Below, in pieces: positions 33,003-43,477 of a stretch of 61,114 bases of DNA. Position 1 is the stretch's first letter, and every line of letters starts with the position of its first letter. Location: positions 1 to 61,114 of the forward strand of contig JACRID010000021.1 in the NCBI GenBank assembly GCA_016220145.1. The letters are read 5' to 3'. The DNA comes from Candidatus Peregrinibacteria bacterium. GTDB taxonomy: Bacteria > Patescibacteriota > Gracilibacteria > UBA1369 > UM-FILTER-53-11. Made by a program: the position numbers and the translations under genes. Under the pieces are notes generated by a model. It ran no database searches and was not told the origin of the DNA. It saw only the letters and a list, made by a program, of their open reading frames with translations.

Positions 33003-34507
33003 ATGAAAGGATGTTTTTTACTGCAGCGAAATTTCGCTTATATAGGCCACAATCTCTCTATATTGTTAAAAAAAAAATACGGAGTAAATGAATTTTGTGG
33101 CTATGTATACGACCGAAATAGCTATAATTACCTAATAAATCAAAAAGAAATTAATTACTCATCTCTTCTCCTAGACGAGGAATTACACAAGGGTTTCGTC
33201 AATGAAGTTATCGACATTGATTATCTCAATTTCATCGAAAAAAATACGGGATACCTAACCTGTGGCCATACATCACAATTGATAGAGTTGTGATGCATAA
33301 TCAGCTGGTGAGAGAATACCCGTACAATAAGTCTCCCTATACCCACGAGGAGATGTTAAAAATCTTCCAGGTTAAGGCCAAGGCTATAATTAAATTTTTA
33401 GAAGAAGAAAAACCAGATTTCATTTTTATATCAGTGATTGGCTCGATTGGGGCAATGTTGCTTTATTATATTTGTAAATCGAAGGGCATAAAAACAATCA
33501 TGGTTCAGACCGCGATGATAAAAAACACATTTATTTTAAGCGAGGATTTTCGAAATTTTTCATGGGTTAATGAAATTTTTCAAAAAAATGAAAAATTGCT
33601 TTCAGATCAATGGACAGAAGCATCTAAAAAATTCCTGAATGATTTTAGAAATGCCCCACACCCTCATTGGGAATACGGAGATCCTAGAAGACAACCTATA
33701 ACACGTCTCCAGCAATTCGAATTTTTAAAACCTAAAAAATTGTTTAATATTTTACAATGGTTAGGGAACTACTTCCTTGAACACTATAAGCAAAAAAACC
33801 GTTTTGATTATGACTATATTGGACCGTGGAATTATCTTAAGGACAGTTTTAAAAGAAAATTAAGAAATATAATCAGAACTAATAATTTGTATGACACCTT
33901 TGATCCTTCTGAAAATTTTGCTTATTTTCCTCTTCATTATGAACCGGAAATTGCAGTATCACTCTTAGCACCATTTACCACCGATCAAATTGACGTTATT
34001 AAGCATATCGCTATCTCATTGCCAGTGGGTTATAGATTATACGTGAAAGAGCATCCGGCAATGGTAGTTTATCGACCTCGGTCTTATTATCTTGAGTTAA
34101 AAAACATTCCGAATTTAAAATTAATAAATCCTCAAATTAGCAACTTTAAAATTATTCCTTTTACCAAGCTCATCACGACCATTTCGGGAACTACGGGCTG
34201 GGAAGGTTGCTTACTAAAAAAACCAATAATTACTTTTGGACACATTTTTTATAATAGCTTGTCATTCGTCAAAAATTGCCGATCAATGGAACAACTGCCT
34301 TATCTGGTAAAGGAACAATTGGAAAATTTTAAATATAATGAGGAAGAACTGCTACATTTTATTGGAATAATAATTCAGGATTCAGCAAATGTTAACTTAC
34401 TGTACCTGTGGGAAAAGGAATCCGATATGCAAAAAAAGAAACAAGGCCTTGAGCCTCTGGCAGATCTATTAGCAAAAAAATTACATCTTATCCCTCAAAA
34501 TCAATAA
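33003..34507 (+). pseudogene. KpsS/capsule-synthesis-family (PF05159-like) glycosyltransferase split by a frameshift in an A7 tract
   Basis: ORF 33003-33293 and ORF 33290-34507 are parts of one protein. The downstream frame reads back through KYGIPNLWPYITIDRVVMHNQ to the A-run at 33238-33244. One extra A would give ...YLNFIEKKYGIPNLW... . FPLHYEPE and YVKEHP motifs are present downstream. Confidence 0.65.
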
Positions 34508-35687
34508 GTTGTTGCATTTCTTGATACAGATGATTAATCTGCTTTTCATAATTAAAATCTTCAGTGGCGAGGCGTAAAAAACAATTATGCGATAGCTCTT
34601 CACGCAACTCATAATTTCTGCCTAATTCTTCAATTTTTTTTGCCAAATCATTACAATCACGATAATTAAAATAGAGTGCACTGCTTCCTGCATTCCATTG
34701 TAAACCTCCTCCACCCGGAAGTATAGAAGGAAGCCCAAAAGCCAAAGCATACAACAAAGAAATACTCGTACCGGCCGGCCACCAATCAGCTTGAATAAAA
34801 ACATCGGCAGTCTTGTAATAATTGTACAATTTTTCTTTAGTCACCCACCCTGGTATTTCAACATATTTTTCTAACCTCAAATCTTTTGCCATCTGACGAA
34901 CGTATTTCTCTTCCGGCCCAGTACCACCTAAAATAACTTTAAAATTATCCTTATTCTTTACTAAAGAAAAACCTTTCAAAAAAATATCAAAGCCCTTTCC
35001 TGGAGACATTCTGCTGGAGTAGAAAAGGGTAATCGGACCGTTCTGTTTATTTCGCCTAGCATAAGAGTCTATCGTTATGCCATTCTCCTCCATAATTTTT
35101 TTGAAATCAATCGGATCGCCAATAACCAGACTATTATTTTCATTCATCCGCAATCCAAAATCTTTATACATACCACGGAGTGTCGGACTGACGAACGAAA
35201 ATAAATCTATTCGATTGGACAAAAATATTCCAAAATATCTTTCAATATACCAACGAATCTTCTCTTTCAAATGTTTTCTTAAACTCTTCTTTGATTGGGG
35301 GAATAAACTTGAAATATACTGTGGCCAGCAAGTCAAAAATTGATTAAAAAAAGCCACCACCGGCACTTTCCCACCTCGCCAGCGCCAAAAACCAGCTCCA
35401 TACATAAACAAGTGTGCATCAATATGAAATATATCAGCTTGATTAGAATACTTGTTGAGTAAAGCAATAACCTCACGTTGAATTCCAAAATAACCAGAAG
35501 ATTTAATTTGTTCCGGTACAACCCTATAGGGTAGACTATCAGGAATATGATTGGCTGAAGAATATGCCGTTACCACAACGACTTCATTCCCTTGTTTTTG
35601 AAGATTTCGAATAATAAAATCTATTTCTTCAATTGACCCACCTGATTTGGTAAAATTTAATTTTGAAGTAATAAAAAATATTTTCAT
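34488..35687 (-). CDS. GT4/GT-B-fold glycosyltransferase
   Basis: MKIFFITS start (the track start at 35699 is GTG). It has the C-terminal GT-B nucleotide-sugar-binding half. Confidence 0.6.
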   Translation of the reverse strand: MKIFFITSKLNFTKSGGSIEEIDFIIRNLQKQGNEVVVVTAYSSANHIPDSLPYRVVPEQIKSSGYFGIQREVIALLNKYSNQADIFHIDAHLFMYGAGFWRWRGGKVPVVAFFNQFLTCWPQYISSLFPQSKKSLRKHLKEKIRWYIERYFGIFLSNRIDLFSFVSPTLRGMYKDFGLRMNENNSLVIGDPIDFKKIMEENGITIDSYARRNKQNGPITLFYSSRMSPGKGFDIFLKGFSLVKNKDNFKVILGGTGPEEKYVRQMAKDLRLEKYVEIPGWVTKEKLYNYYKTADVFIQADWWPAGTSISLLYALAFGLPSILPGGGGLQWNAGSSALYFNYRDCNDLAKKIEELGRNYELREELSHNCFLRLATEDFNYEKQINHLYQEMQQLIDFEG

Positions 35688-35731
35688 AAAGGTTGACACT
35701 AAAGCACACTTAAAGTTATACTATAAAAGAT

Positions 35732-36520
35732 ATGAAATTGCAACCAATAAAAAATTCATGCATCTTCATCGGTGGCAAACCAATAGGTGTCAATTGTCTC
35801 AAACAGCTACTTAAAAGAGACATCAAACCGAGCCTAGTTATTGGTAATTTGGATGATGATGGTAAAGATAAAAGCTGGTATGAATCACTAATAAAAGTCG
35901 CCCGACATGCACACCTGCCAATAATAAAAAAACAAAAAGTTAGAGAGTCTAAAGTCGTAGAACAAATCAAAAATATTCACCCTGAAATAATCTTCTGTAT
36001 CGGCGGAATGCAAATTATACCACCCGAAGTATTAAAAATTCCTAAACTAGGAACTCTCAATATTCATCCTGCTCTCTTACCAAAATATCGCGGTCGCTTT
36101 TCTACCGCCCATGCTATTTTTAATGGCGAAAAAATCCATGGCGTTACGATGCATTGGATGAATGAGGGTATTGATTCAGGACCGATCATAATGCAAAAAA
36201 AATTTAATATTACTAATGACGATACAGCGCGGATGGTCTACGATAAGTTCACAACTACAGGTTCAAAACTTTTTGACCAATTCCTTAATTTATGGTTAAA
36301 CGACAAAAAAATTGTCGCGACACATCAAGATGAAAGTCGTGCCACCTATTATCCTAAGGGTTTACCCGGTAACGGCAATATTAATTGGTCATGGAGCGGA
36401 AAACAAATACGTAATTGGATACGCGCCATGACCTTTGAGCCATTTCCACCAGCCAGCTTTATGCTCGGTAATAAAAAAATGATAATTGTGGAAGAAAATT
36501 ATTTTAAAAAATCTAGATAA
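35732..36520 (+). CDS. Sugar N-formyltransferase (canonical FMT core, no tRNA domain)
   Basis: LNIHPALLPKYRGR contains the Asn and His, and GIDSGPII contains the Asp. 262 aa. Confidence 0.7.
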   Translation: MKLQPIKNSCIFIGGKPIGVNCLKQLLKRDIKPSLVIGNLDDDGKDKSWYESLIKVARHAHLPIIKKQKVRESKVVEQIKNIHPEIIFCIGGMQIIPPEVLKIPKLGTLNIHPALLPKYRGRFSTAHAIFNGEKIHGVTMHWMNEGIDSGPIIMQKKFNITNDDTARMVYDKFTTTGSKLFDQFLNLWLNDKKIVATHQDESRATYYPKGLPGNGNINWSWSGKQIRNWIRAMTFEPFPPASFMLGNKKMIIVEENYFKKSR

Positions 36521-36536
36521 TCATTCAAATTTACCT

Positions 36537-37781
36537 ATGTCTTCTCAATATATTGGCCATTTAAAGCAATGTCAAATCTGTTCAAACAATAAACTTGAAT
36601 TAATTTTGGATCTCGGCCACCAGCCAATAGTACAAAATTACCTCACCAAAGAACAACTACACGAACCAGAAACAACGTATCCACTCAATCTCGTGCGTTG
36701 CGGCGACTGCGGACTTCTTCAGCTCAACTACATAGTAGATCCTCGATTCGTATTTCCACGCAATTATCCGTATCGTACAGGACTTACTAATATGCTTATA
36801 CGAAATTTTCATGAACTAGCTGATCAATTGGAAAAAAAATATAACTTACAAACTAAAGATCTTATTATTGATATCGGTTCAAATGACGGCACGCTTCTCA
36901 AGGGATTCAAAGACAAAGGCATGCGTGTGCTGGGTATTGAGCCGACTGATGCAGCCAAAGATGCCAATACACATGGCATCCCCACACTCCAAACATATCT
37001 TAACGCAACCGCAGTCAAAAACGCACTAAAAAAATATGGTCCTGCGCGTATTGTTGCCGCTACCAACGTGTTTGCACACATTAACAATGTTCCTGAATTG
37101 ATGCATAATATTAAAAATCTGTTGGACGATAACGGCATATTTATTTCGGAATCGCAATATATCATGGATATTGTTGAAAAATTGGAGTTTGACACCATTT
37201 ATCACGAACATTTGCGTTTTTACGGTCTTAAACCGCTTGCCAAGCTCTTCAATTTGCATCACATGAGTCTTGTTGATGCAGAGCGTATTGAAGCTGCGGG
37301 AGGTTCAATACGCGTTTTTGCAAAAAAAGGACGACATCCAATGAGTGTACGAGCAAAAAAATTGCTTGCTGCAGAAGTGCGGGCAGGATTATATAATTCA
37401 AAAACACTTCGAGAATGGGGGGCGCGAATTCATCAAGCGAAACGCGACCTCGTCGCACTTCTCATTACATGCAAAAAAACAGGCGGCCGCATGGTTGGCA
37501 TCGGCAGTCCGGCTCGATCCAATACGCTTCTTGGATTTACTCATATCGACGGAACATTTCTTGACTATGCAGGAGAAAAAAACGGTTCGCCAAAAATCGG
37601 ACTGTACACACCCGGAACCCATATTTTGGTTGTAGACGAAAAAAAACTTTATAAAGAACAGCCGGAATTTGCCCTAATTCTTTCATGGCATATTGGAGCT
37701 GAACTCATAAAAATATTTAGAAAGAATAATTACAAAGGAAAATTCATATTGCCTTTGCCACATCCAAAAATTATTGAGTAA
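36537..37781 (+). CDS. NDP-hexose C-methyltransferase-like SAM enzyme with N-terminal zinc-binding motif
   Basis: CQIC...CGDCGLLQL Cys4 motif, IIDIGSNDG SAM motif I and the C-terminal IYHEHLRFY segment. The track start at 36486 is TTG; the ATG is at 36537. Confidence 0.65.
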   Translation: MSSQYIGHLKQCQICSNNKLELILDLGHQPIVQNYLTKEQLHEPETTYPLNLVRCGDCGLLQLNYIVDPRFVFPRNYPYRTGLTNMLIRNFHELADQLEKKYNLQTKDLIIDIGSNDGTLLKGFKDKGMRVLGIEPTDAAKDANTHGIPTLQTYLNATAVKNALKKYGPARIVAATNVFAHINNVPELMHNIKNLLDDNGIFISESQYIMDIVEKLEFDTIYHEHLRFYGLKPLAKLFNLHHMSLVDAERIEAAGGSIRVFAKKGRHPMSVRAKKLLAAEVRAGLYNSKTLREWGARIHQAKRDLVALLITCKKTGGRMVGIGSPARSNTLLGFTHIDGTFLDYAGEKNGSPKIGLYTPGTHILVVDEKKLYKEQPEFALILSWHIGAELIKIFRKNNYKGKFILPLPHPKIIE

Positions 37782-37790
37782 ACATCTCCT

Positions 37791-38891
37791 ATGGCCAATC
37801 CTAAAATCCCCTGGTGGTTGCCGCAAGTAGGCAGCGACCAAGAAAGAAAATTAATCAACCAAGCTCTTGATAATAACTTTATTAATGAAGGACCGCTGGC
37901 AACCAAATTTGAACAAGAAATCGCTCAATTGGTAGGAACAAAATACGCAATAGCAACGCCAAATTGCACGGCGGCTATTTTTTTATCACTCAAGGCTTTG
38001 GGGATCGGACATGGTGATGAAGTGCTGGTGCCAGATATGACGTTTATCGCTACGGCAAATGCGGTTGATTTGACTGGTGCCCGGACAGTACTAGTTGATG
38101 TACATCCGGATACATTAACGATTGATATGAGCGCCGCACGTAAGGCAATAACCTCTCGCACCAAAGCTATTGTGCCGGTACATGTGACCGGCCGCGCATC
38201 AGATATGGATGCGCTGCTCACTCTTGCCAATGATCACCGTCTCGCGATAGTAGAAGATGCCGCTGAAGCATTAATGTCAAAATACCATAGTCAATTTCTT
38301 GGAACTATCGGCAAAACAGGTTGTTTTTCTTTCTCACCAAATAAAACAATTACTACCGGCCAAGGTGGCATGATTGTCACAAATGATCCAGAGCTTCACA
38401 CTAAACTTAGAATGCTCAAAGACCAAGGGCGCCCGGTGCGCGGCACAGGTGGCGATGACCGCCATGACGTCATCGGTTACAACTTTAAATTTACCGACTT
38501 ACAGGCAGCGGTTGGGCTTGGTCAGCTATCTTTTTTGAATCAGCGCATTACCCGAATGAAGCGTAACTATGAACTGTATGCGCAGGAATTAAAGAATATT
38601 AATGGCCTGACAATTTTTCCGAATAAACATGAAGAAATCCCCCAATGGACTGATGCAATTATTGAACGGCGTGATGAACTGGAAACTTATTTACGAACTC
38701 AAAACATTGACTGTCGTAAATACTGGTTCCCGCTCCACCAGCAACTTGCATATAGACTTCCGGATGACAATTTTCCCCACAGCACTTCCCTGTCGCCCAA
38801 ATGCCTCTGGTTACCATCTGCATTTACCTTAACCGATGAAGCTGTGTTGACCGTCTGTATTGCTTTAAAAAAATTCTTACGTACTGTTTGA
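37791..38891 (+). CDS. DegT/DnrJ/EryC1/StrS-family sugar aminotransferase
   Basis: FSFSPNKTITTGQGGMIVTND carries the PLP lysine. 366 aa. Confidence 0.8.
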   Translation: MANPKIPWWLPQVGSDQERKLINQALDNNFINEGPLATKFEQEIAQLVGTKYAIATPNCTAAIFLSLKALGIGHGDEVLVPDMTFIATANAVDLTGARTVLVDVHPDTLTIDMSAARKAITSRTKAIVPVHVTGRASDMDALLTLANDHRLAIVEDAAEALMSKYHSQFLGTIGKTGCFSFSPNKTITTGQGGMIVTNDPELHTKLRMLKDQGRPVRGTGGDDRHDVIGYNFKFTDLQAAVGLGQLSFLNQRITRMKRNYELYAQELKNINGLTIFPNKHEEIPQWTDAIIERRDELETYLRTQNIDCRKYWFPLHQQLAYRLPDDNFPHSTSLSPKCLWLPSAFTLTDEAVLTVCIALKKFLRTV

Positions 38892-38895
38892 TTAA

Positions 38896-39888
38896 TTACT
38901 GATGTTTTGGGTGTTTTGTATACCACTCAAAAGTCTTTTTGAGACCGTCTTCAAGTTTGGTTTTAGGTTGCCAGCCAACTAAATTTTTAATTTTGGAAAT
39001 ATCGGGTAAACGACGTTTCACACTTCCTTGCGGCGAGGACTCAAATTCAAGTTTTTTCGGCGTCCAGCCCACAGCGACGAACATTTTGTTGGCCAAATCA
39101 AACATAGTAATTTCGTCGGTGTTTCCTATATGCACCGTTTCAATCGGATGAGCGTGAGTCGTGGAAGAATCCATCAACAATTGCATCGCTTCCACTGCGT
39201 CGGTAATATAGCAAAAAGTCCGCGTTTCATCAGGACTAAAAATAATGAAAGGTTCAGTCTGATTCATAATTTTTTGTGACCACTCCGGCAACACATGATC
39301 ATACCCGGCGCGCGGACCGTAAAAATTGTGCGGGCGAACTATCACTGCAGAGAAATTATATGCTCGTGCATAAAAAATAACAAATTGCTCACCAATTAAT
39401 TTTGTCCCCGCATAGGACCATCGCGGATTATACATATCGCTGATGACGAGCGGGACAGCTTCTGGCGTTGGCAGTGGCAATTGGTTGAACGCTTCAAGTG
39501 CGCCAGCATACGCTTCATTAGATGAAGTAAAACACAGTTTTGGTTTTTTCTCCAAGCACCGAATCCATTCCAAAATATAAATAAGGGATAACGTATTAAT
39601 GCGCAGAACTTCTTGTGGCATTTGATAAAATAATTTAGTGCCGTTGACTGCCGCGAGATGGTATACGTGATCAAAATCGATAGGCATATCCTTGTAAAAT
39701 TCCGGATCAGTTAAATCGGCTTGGATAAATTGTACGCGAGAATTAGCCAGTAAAATCTTCAAATCCTCATCCATTTTTCCGCGCTGTAAATTATCAATTA
39801 AAACCAAACTATTTTCCGTATTTGATACAAGATGTTTGGCTAGATGATAACCAATAAATCCAGCGCCCCCCGTGATTAAAATTTTCAT
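38896..39888 (-). CDS. NAD-dependent epimerase/dehydratase (extended SDR)
   Basis: ILITGGAGFIGYHL and YAGTKLIGE (YxxxK). Confidence 0.75.
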   Translation of the reverse strand: MKILITGGAGFIGYHLAKHLVSNTENSLVLIDNLQRGKMDEDLKILLANSRVQFIQADLTDPEFYKDMPIDFDHVYHLAAVNGTKLFYQMPQEVLRINTLSLIYILEWIRCLEKKPKLCFTSSNEAYAGALEAFNQLPLPTPEAVPLVISDMYNPRWSYAGTKLIGEQFVIFYARAYNFSAVIVRPHNFYGPRAGYDHVLPEWSQKIMNQTEPFIIFSPDETRTFCYITDAVEAMQLLMDSSTTHAHPIETVHIGNTDEITMFDLANKMFVAVGWTPKKLEFESSPQGSVKRRLPDISKIKNLVGWQPKTKLEDGLKKTFEWYTKHPKHQ

Positions 39889-39901
39889 ACTTTTTTAAAA
39901 A

Positions 39902-41545
39902 CTACGATTTTTTAGCAATAATCCAAAGACTCTTAGAATTTTCTTTATCAATTTTTAAAACGATTAAGCCGGCTTGTTCAAACAACTGGCGCGCTTTCTC
40001 TGCCGAAAACGAAATGCCATGAAACCAACGCCAACGATAGGTCTCTGGTCCGGTGCGCAACTGCACTTTAACAACTCCTCCAATTTTTAAAACCCGCGCC
40101 GTTTCTCGCACATACGCTTCAATTACGGCTCGATTCGGCAAGTGACGAAACACGAGATAAGAAAAAATCAAATCAATTTGATTATCAGCTATAGGCAATT
40201 CTTTGCCGGCATTCTCAAATAAAACAATATTAGAAAGATGCAACAGCCGCCGTTTGGCAACCTCGATCATTACCGGTGAAATATCCACTCCATATACCGT
40301 ACCAAAACTCTTGGCTAAATATTCAGTCATCCGACCAACACCAGAACCAATTTCGAGTACTATTTTCGCTTTTAGATCACCCAACAACCCTAATAAGAAC
40401 GAATCTGAAAGTATATAATTTTCCACATCTTCCTTGCCCGTCTGTCGGACTTCAAACTCATCTACTTGCCTGCCGTTCTTAGTATCGGGATTCGCATAAT
40501 AGTACGCATTCTTTGTTGCCAAGTTGTCCCACTTTTTCTTAATATCCAACAGAGTCTTACTTGGCAAGACTCGTTCTGCCGCACGGCGCATCGGCTGTAA
40601 ATTATGGCGCAACCGCTGGATTACTTTATTCGTATTCAATTTGTTCCACCATAACGCCAGTGTTGCCCCCGACATCAAACGTCCGCCCTGATAATCCCAA
40701 AAAGAAAACCATTGCGGCAAAGTTTGATATTGCTTCACAATTTCCTCATGTCGAGCATTAGAAGCAAGCAACGCTTGAAGCAATGGCACAGATCCGTCTT
40801 TGTGTTTCAAAGCAGTATAAGCACGCAAATCTTTGGGTAAACAATGGCCTCCAAACCCTTGGCCATAACGCAGATAACTTTTGCGCTCTAATATAAAATC
40901 CAACACGCGTTCAATCTCTTGACGCCTAGTAGCAGTTATTGGCAACGCAATGCTGTCGCCAAATTCATTAATAAAGCCAACTCGTAAAGCATTCCAAATG
41001 TTGGAAAGATATTTTATGTGGGATGCTTCCTCCGGCGTGCCTTTAAATACTTTATGCGCACGAGTTTCCCATTCTTTAAGAAAACTCGGCAACTGCTGTT
41101 CTTCCTTTGCACCCAATACGTAATAATAAGGATTCAAACACTCTTCTACCGCTTTGATCTCATGAAGAAATTCAGGAAAATAATAATGAAAATGGAGATT
41201 AGATAAGTGGGGTGGCAAGACGGTGGAACGTAGAATAACTTTTCCTCGGGCTTCAGAAAGCATGCCCAGAGCTCGTTCAATTAAGGATATATCTTGTATG
41301 CCTTCCTCTGAAACGCGATCACCAATGCACACAATATACCATGTGGAGGAACTGTCTTTTTCCAAGGGCGTCTTCAATGGACACAAACGTTCGTAGAGTT
41401 CGAAATATTGAGCGGCATAATGCTGATGGGGCGTCAAAACATCGTAATAAAAAACCTCGTAGCCCATTCGTGCGAGCGCAAGCGCATTGGCTTGGCCAAC
41501 CCAGCCAAAACCGACAATGACAATTTTTTCAAAGCCATCATCCAT
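39902..41545 (-). CDS. Fusion: UDP-sugar dehydrogenase N-terminal and central domains plus C-terminal class I SAM methyltransferase domain
   Basis: IVIVGFGWVGQ NAD motif, GFGGHCLPKDLRAY catalytic-Cys motif, then VLEIGSGVGRMTEY...VYGVDISP methyltransferase motifs I/II. The usual UGDH C-terminal UDP-binding domain is absent. Confidence 0.6.
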   Translation of the reverse strand: MDDGFEKIVIVGFGWVGQANALALARMGYEVFYYDVLTPHQHYAAQYFELYERLCPLKTPLEKDSSSTWYIVCIGDRVSEEGIQDISLIERALGMLSEARGKVILRSTVLPPHLSNLHFHYYFPEFLHEIKAVEECLNPYYYVLGAKEEQQLPSFLKEWETRAHKVFKGTPEEASHIKYLSNIWNALRVGFINEFGDSIALPITATRRQEIERVLDFILERKSYLRYGQGFGGHCLPKDLRAYTALKHKDGSVPLLQALLASNARHEEIVKQYQTLPQWFSFWDYQGGRLMSGATLALWWNKLNTNKVIQRLRHNLQPMRRAAERVLPSKTLLDIKKKWDNLATKNAYYYANPDTKNGRQVDEFEVRQTGKEDVENYILSDSFLLGLLGDLKAKIVLEIGSGVGRMTEYLAKSFGTVYGVDISPVMIEVAKRRLLHLSNIVLFENAGKELPIADNQIDLIFSYLVFRHLPNRAVIEAYVRETARVLKIGGVVKVQLRTGPETYRWRWFHGISFSAEKARQLFEQAGLIVLKIDKENSKSLWIIAKKS

Positions 41546-41547
41546 AT

Positions 41548-43428
41548 TTAAAGAGTTAATGATTGACTACAGATTGGGTTATCCCAATCAATTCTATAAA
41601 GAAATATATTATGAGAATTAATTAATAAAGAAAGGCAAGGGATAACCGACACATCCCAGTTGGAATTTATATTTTTATCCCACACTATATAACCTATTCC
41701 TCCACGCCTAAGAATATCCACAAAACTTTTTATTGTAGAAGTATTTTTTTTATACTCCACCATTAATTGTGATACCACTTCCTTTTTCTTAGCTATCAGT
41801 GCAGGATCATGTTGAGCTAGCTGTTTGTCATATTCACTAAAATCTTTACTCCCCGAAAGAAATGACTCTAGGTTTTGGAATATTTCAAAACTTTGATCGG
41901 TTGTTGCATTTTGATGATAAATACTGAAGAGAGTTTTTCCACCATTCTCCTTTTTTTCTAAAAAGTCTATAGCATTGTCTCTTGCCAATCTGTTTAAATA
42001 AAGATATACAAATAGAGCATCTTTAAAGCGATCTATAGGGGTATAAAGGCTGGACGCCGAAGACCAATACATATCATAATTGGTATAAACGGTAAAAACA
42101 CTGCCAATATGTATATCCGAGGCCAAAATAGCTTTTGGCTGACTATCTTTTTTCAAAACATCAATGAGGGGTCCATAATTCTGTGCATATAACCTGACGT
42201 CCTTTGTATAAAGATATGCAACGTACTGCCGAAACACAGTATTGCCAAACACCATCAATAAAAGACTAAAAAAAAGTATCGATTTCAAAGAACGAGTCAG
42301 ATAACAATGGAAAATAAGCCAGAGCATAGAAAAATCGGTTACAATAACGAGCGGAATGATAAAATACCAAAAATAATGCAATGGCTGTATTGAACGACCG
42401 GTAAATACCTGCTGATTCATCACCAAAATACCAGTAATAAGTAGACAAAAAATAAAATAACGATTTTGGTTATTTTTCCTGACGATAAAAAAAATCATCC
42501 ACAACAAAAGAGAAAAAAGCAGAATCTTACTCCAAGGTGCAAAAGATCTGTCATATGTCAAACCACTAAAATAATTCACTTGTCTGACCAATTCAGGATG
42601 TGTTATTAAAAAAAATTGTATCAAAACAGGTAAACCGATAATTAAACCAACTGTGGCGATAAAAATTATTTTTTTCAATTTTGAAATATCTATTTTTATA
42701 ACATACATACACACAAGCACTACTAATAACGCCACAGCAAATGTCCATGCATAAGGATAGATATAAAATAATGTCCCCAACACAATACTGGAACATAATA
42801 CAGGCCATTTTTTAATCGAATCAAAACTTTTTAATAAAAAATAAAGAAAAATAAAGAAAAATAAAGAAGCGAAGTATGGCATTAAGGGGCGCGTATAGAT
42901 ATTGATTTGATCAGTATACGGAGAAACTCTTATCGGATACTGAATTACAAAAGTATAGCCGCCAATTACAAACAATCCTACCAAGGCAGCTAACCATTTG
43001 TTGCCTGCAAGACGCAAAGTAAAAAAATAAATCGCTACTATTAAAAAAAATATGCCAAAAAAATTCGCAATAGTATATACCTTAACAATATTAATATTTT
43101 GATAACCCAAAAGACGCAATGGCCATACTAAAAAATACTCCGCATAAATATGTTGAGGAGATGGCTCATCTTTCCCCACATTGAGCAAATAATTTCCCAA
43201 ACCATGACCTTCTAAAATTTCTTTACCCCTTGCCAAATAACCAATATCATCATCACCAAAAATTCCAATATTTATCCCTCGATAGTTTTGCCCCTCCAGT
43301 AATGGAAATAAAGCCACTGGTGCAACGACCAACCACGACAAAAAAAGTCCAACTATTAAAATAAAGTAGTGTTCACAAAAAAATGACCTAACCAAATTCT
43401 TTAAATGCACGACTCTAAACCATAACAT
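41548..43428 (-). CDS. Large polytopic membrane protein with a C-terminal soluble domain (YfhO/GT-C-like candidate); paralog of 48909-50690
   Basis: 626 aa with more than 10 hydrophobic helices. The first-loop segment NYRGINIGIFGDDDIGYLARGKEILEGH aligns with EYHGIHFFATPNEEVYLAIMQKISEGH of the paralog. Confidence 0.5.
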   Translation of the reverse strand: MLWFRVVHLKNLVRSFFCEHYFILIVGLFLSWLVVAPVALFPLLEGQNYRGINIGIFGDDDIGYLARGKEILEGHGLGNYLLNVGKDEPSPQHIYAEYFLVWPLRLLGYQNINIVKVYTIANFFGIFFLIVAIYFFTLRLAGNKWLAALVGLFVIGGYTFVIQYPIRVSPYTDQINIYTRPLMPYFASLFFFIFLYFLLKSFDSIKKWPVLCSSIVLGTLFYIYPYAWTFAVALLVVLVCMYVIKIDISKLKKIIFIATVGLIIGLPVLIQFFLITHPELVRQVNYFSGLTYDRSFAPWSKILLFSLLLWMIFFIVRKNNQNRYFIFCLLITGILVMNQQVFTGRSIQPLHYFWYFIIPLVIVTDFSMLWLIFHCYLTRSLKSILFFSLLLMVFGNTVFRQYVAYLYTKDVRLYAQNYGPLIDVLKKDSQPKAILASDIHIGSVFTVYTNYDMYWSSASSLYTPIDRFKDALFVYLYLNRLARDNAIDFLEKKENGGKTLFSIYHQNATTDQSFEIFQNLESFLSGSKDFSEYDKQLAQHDPALIAKKKEVVSQLMVEYKKNTSTIKSFVDILRRGGIGYIVWDKNINSNWDVSVIPCLSLLINSHNIFLYRIDWDNPICSQSLTL

Positions 43429-43477
43429 ATTTTGACATGAAATAGTTTAATTTAGTATTACAATAATTCATGAAACG

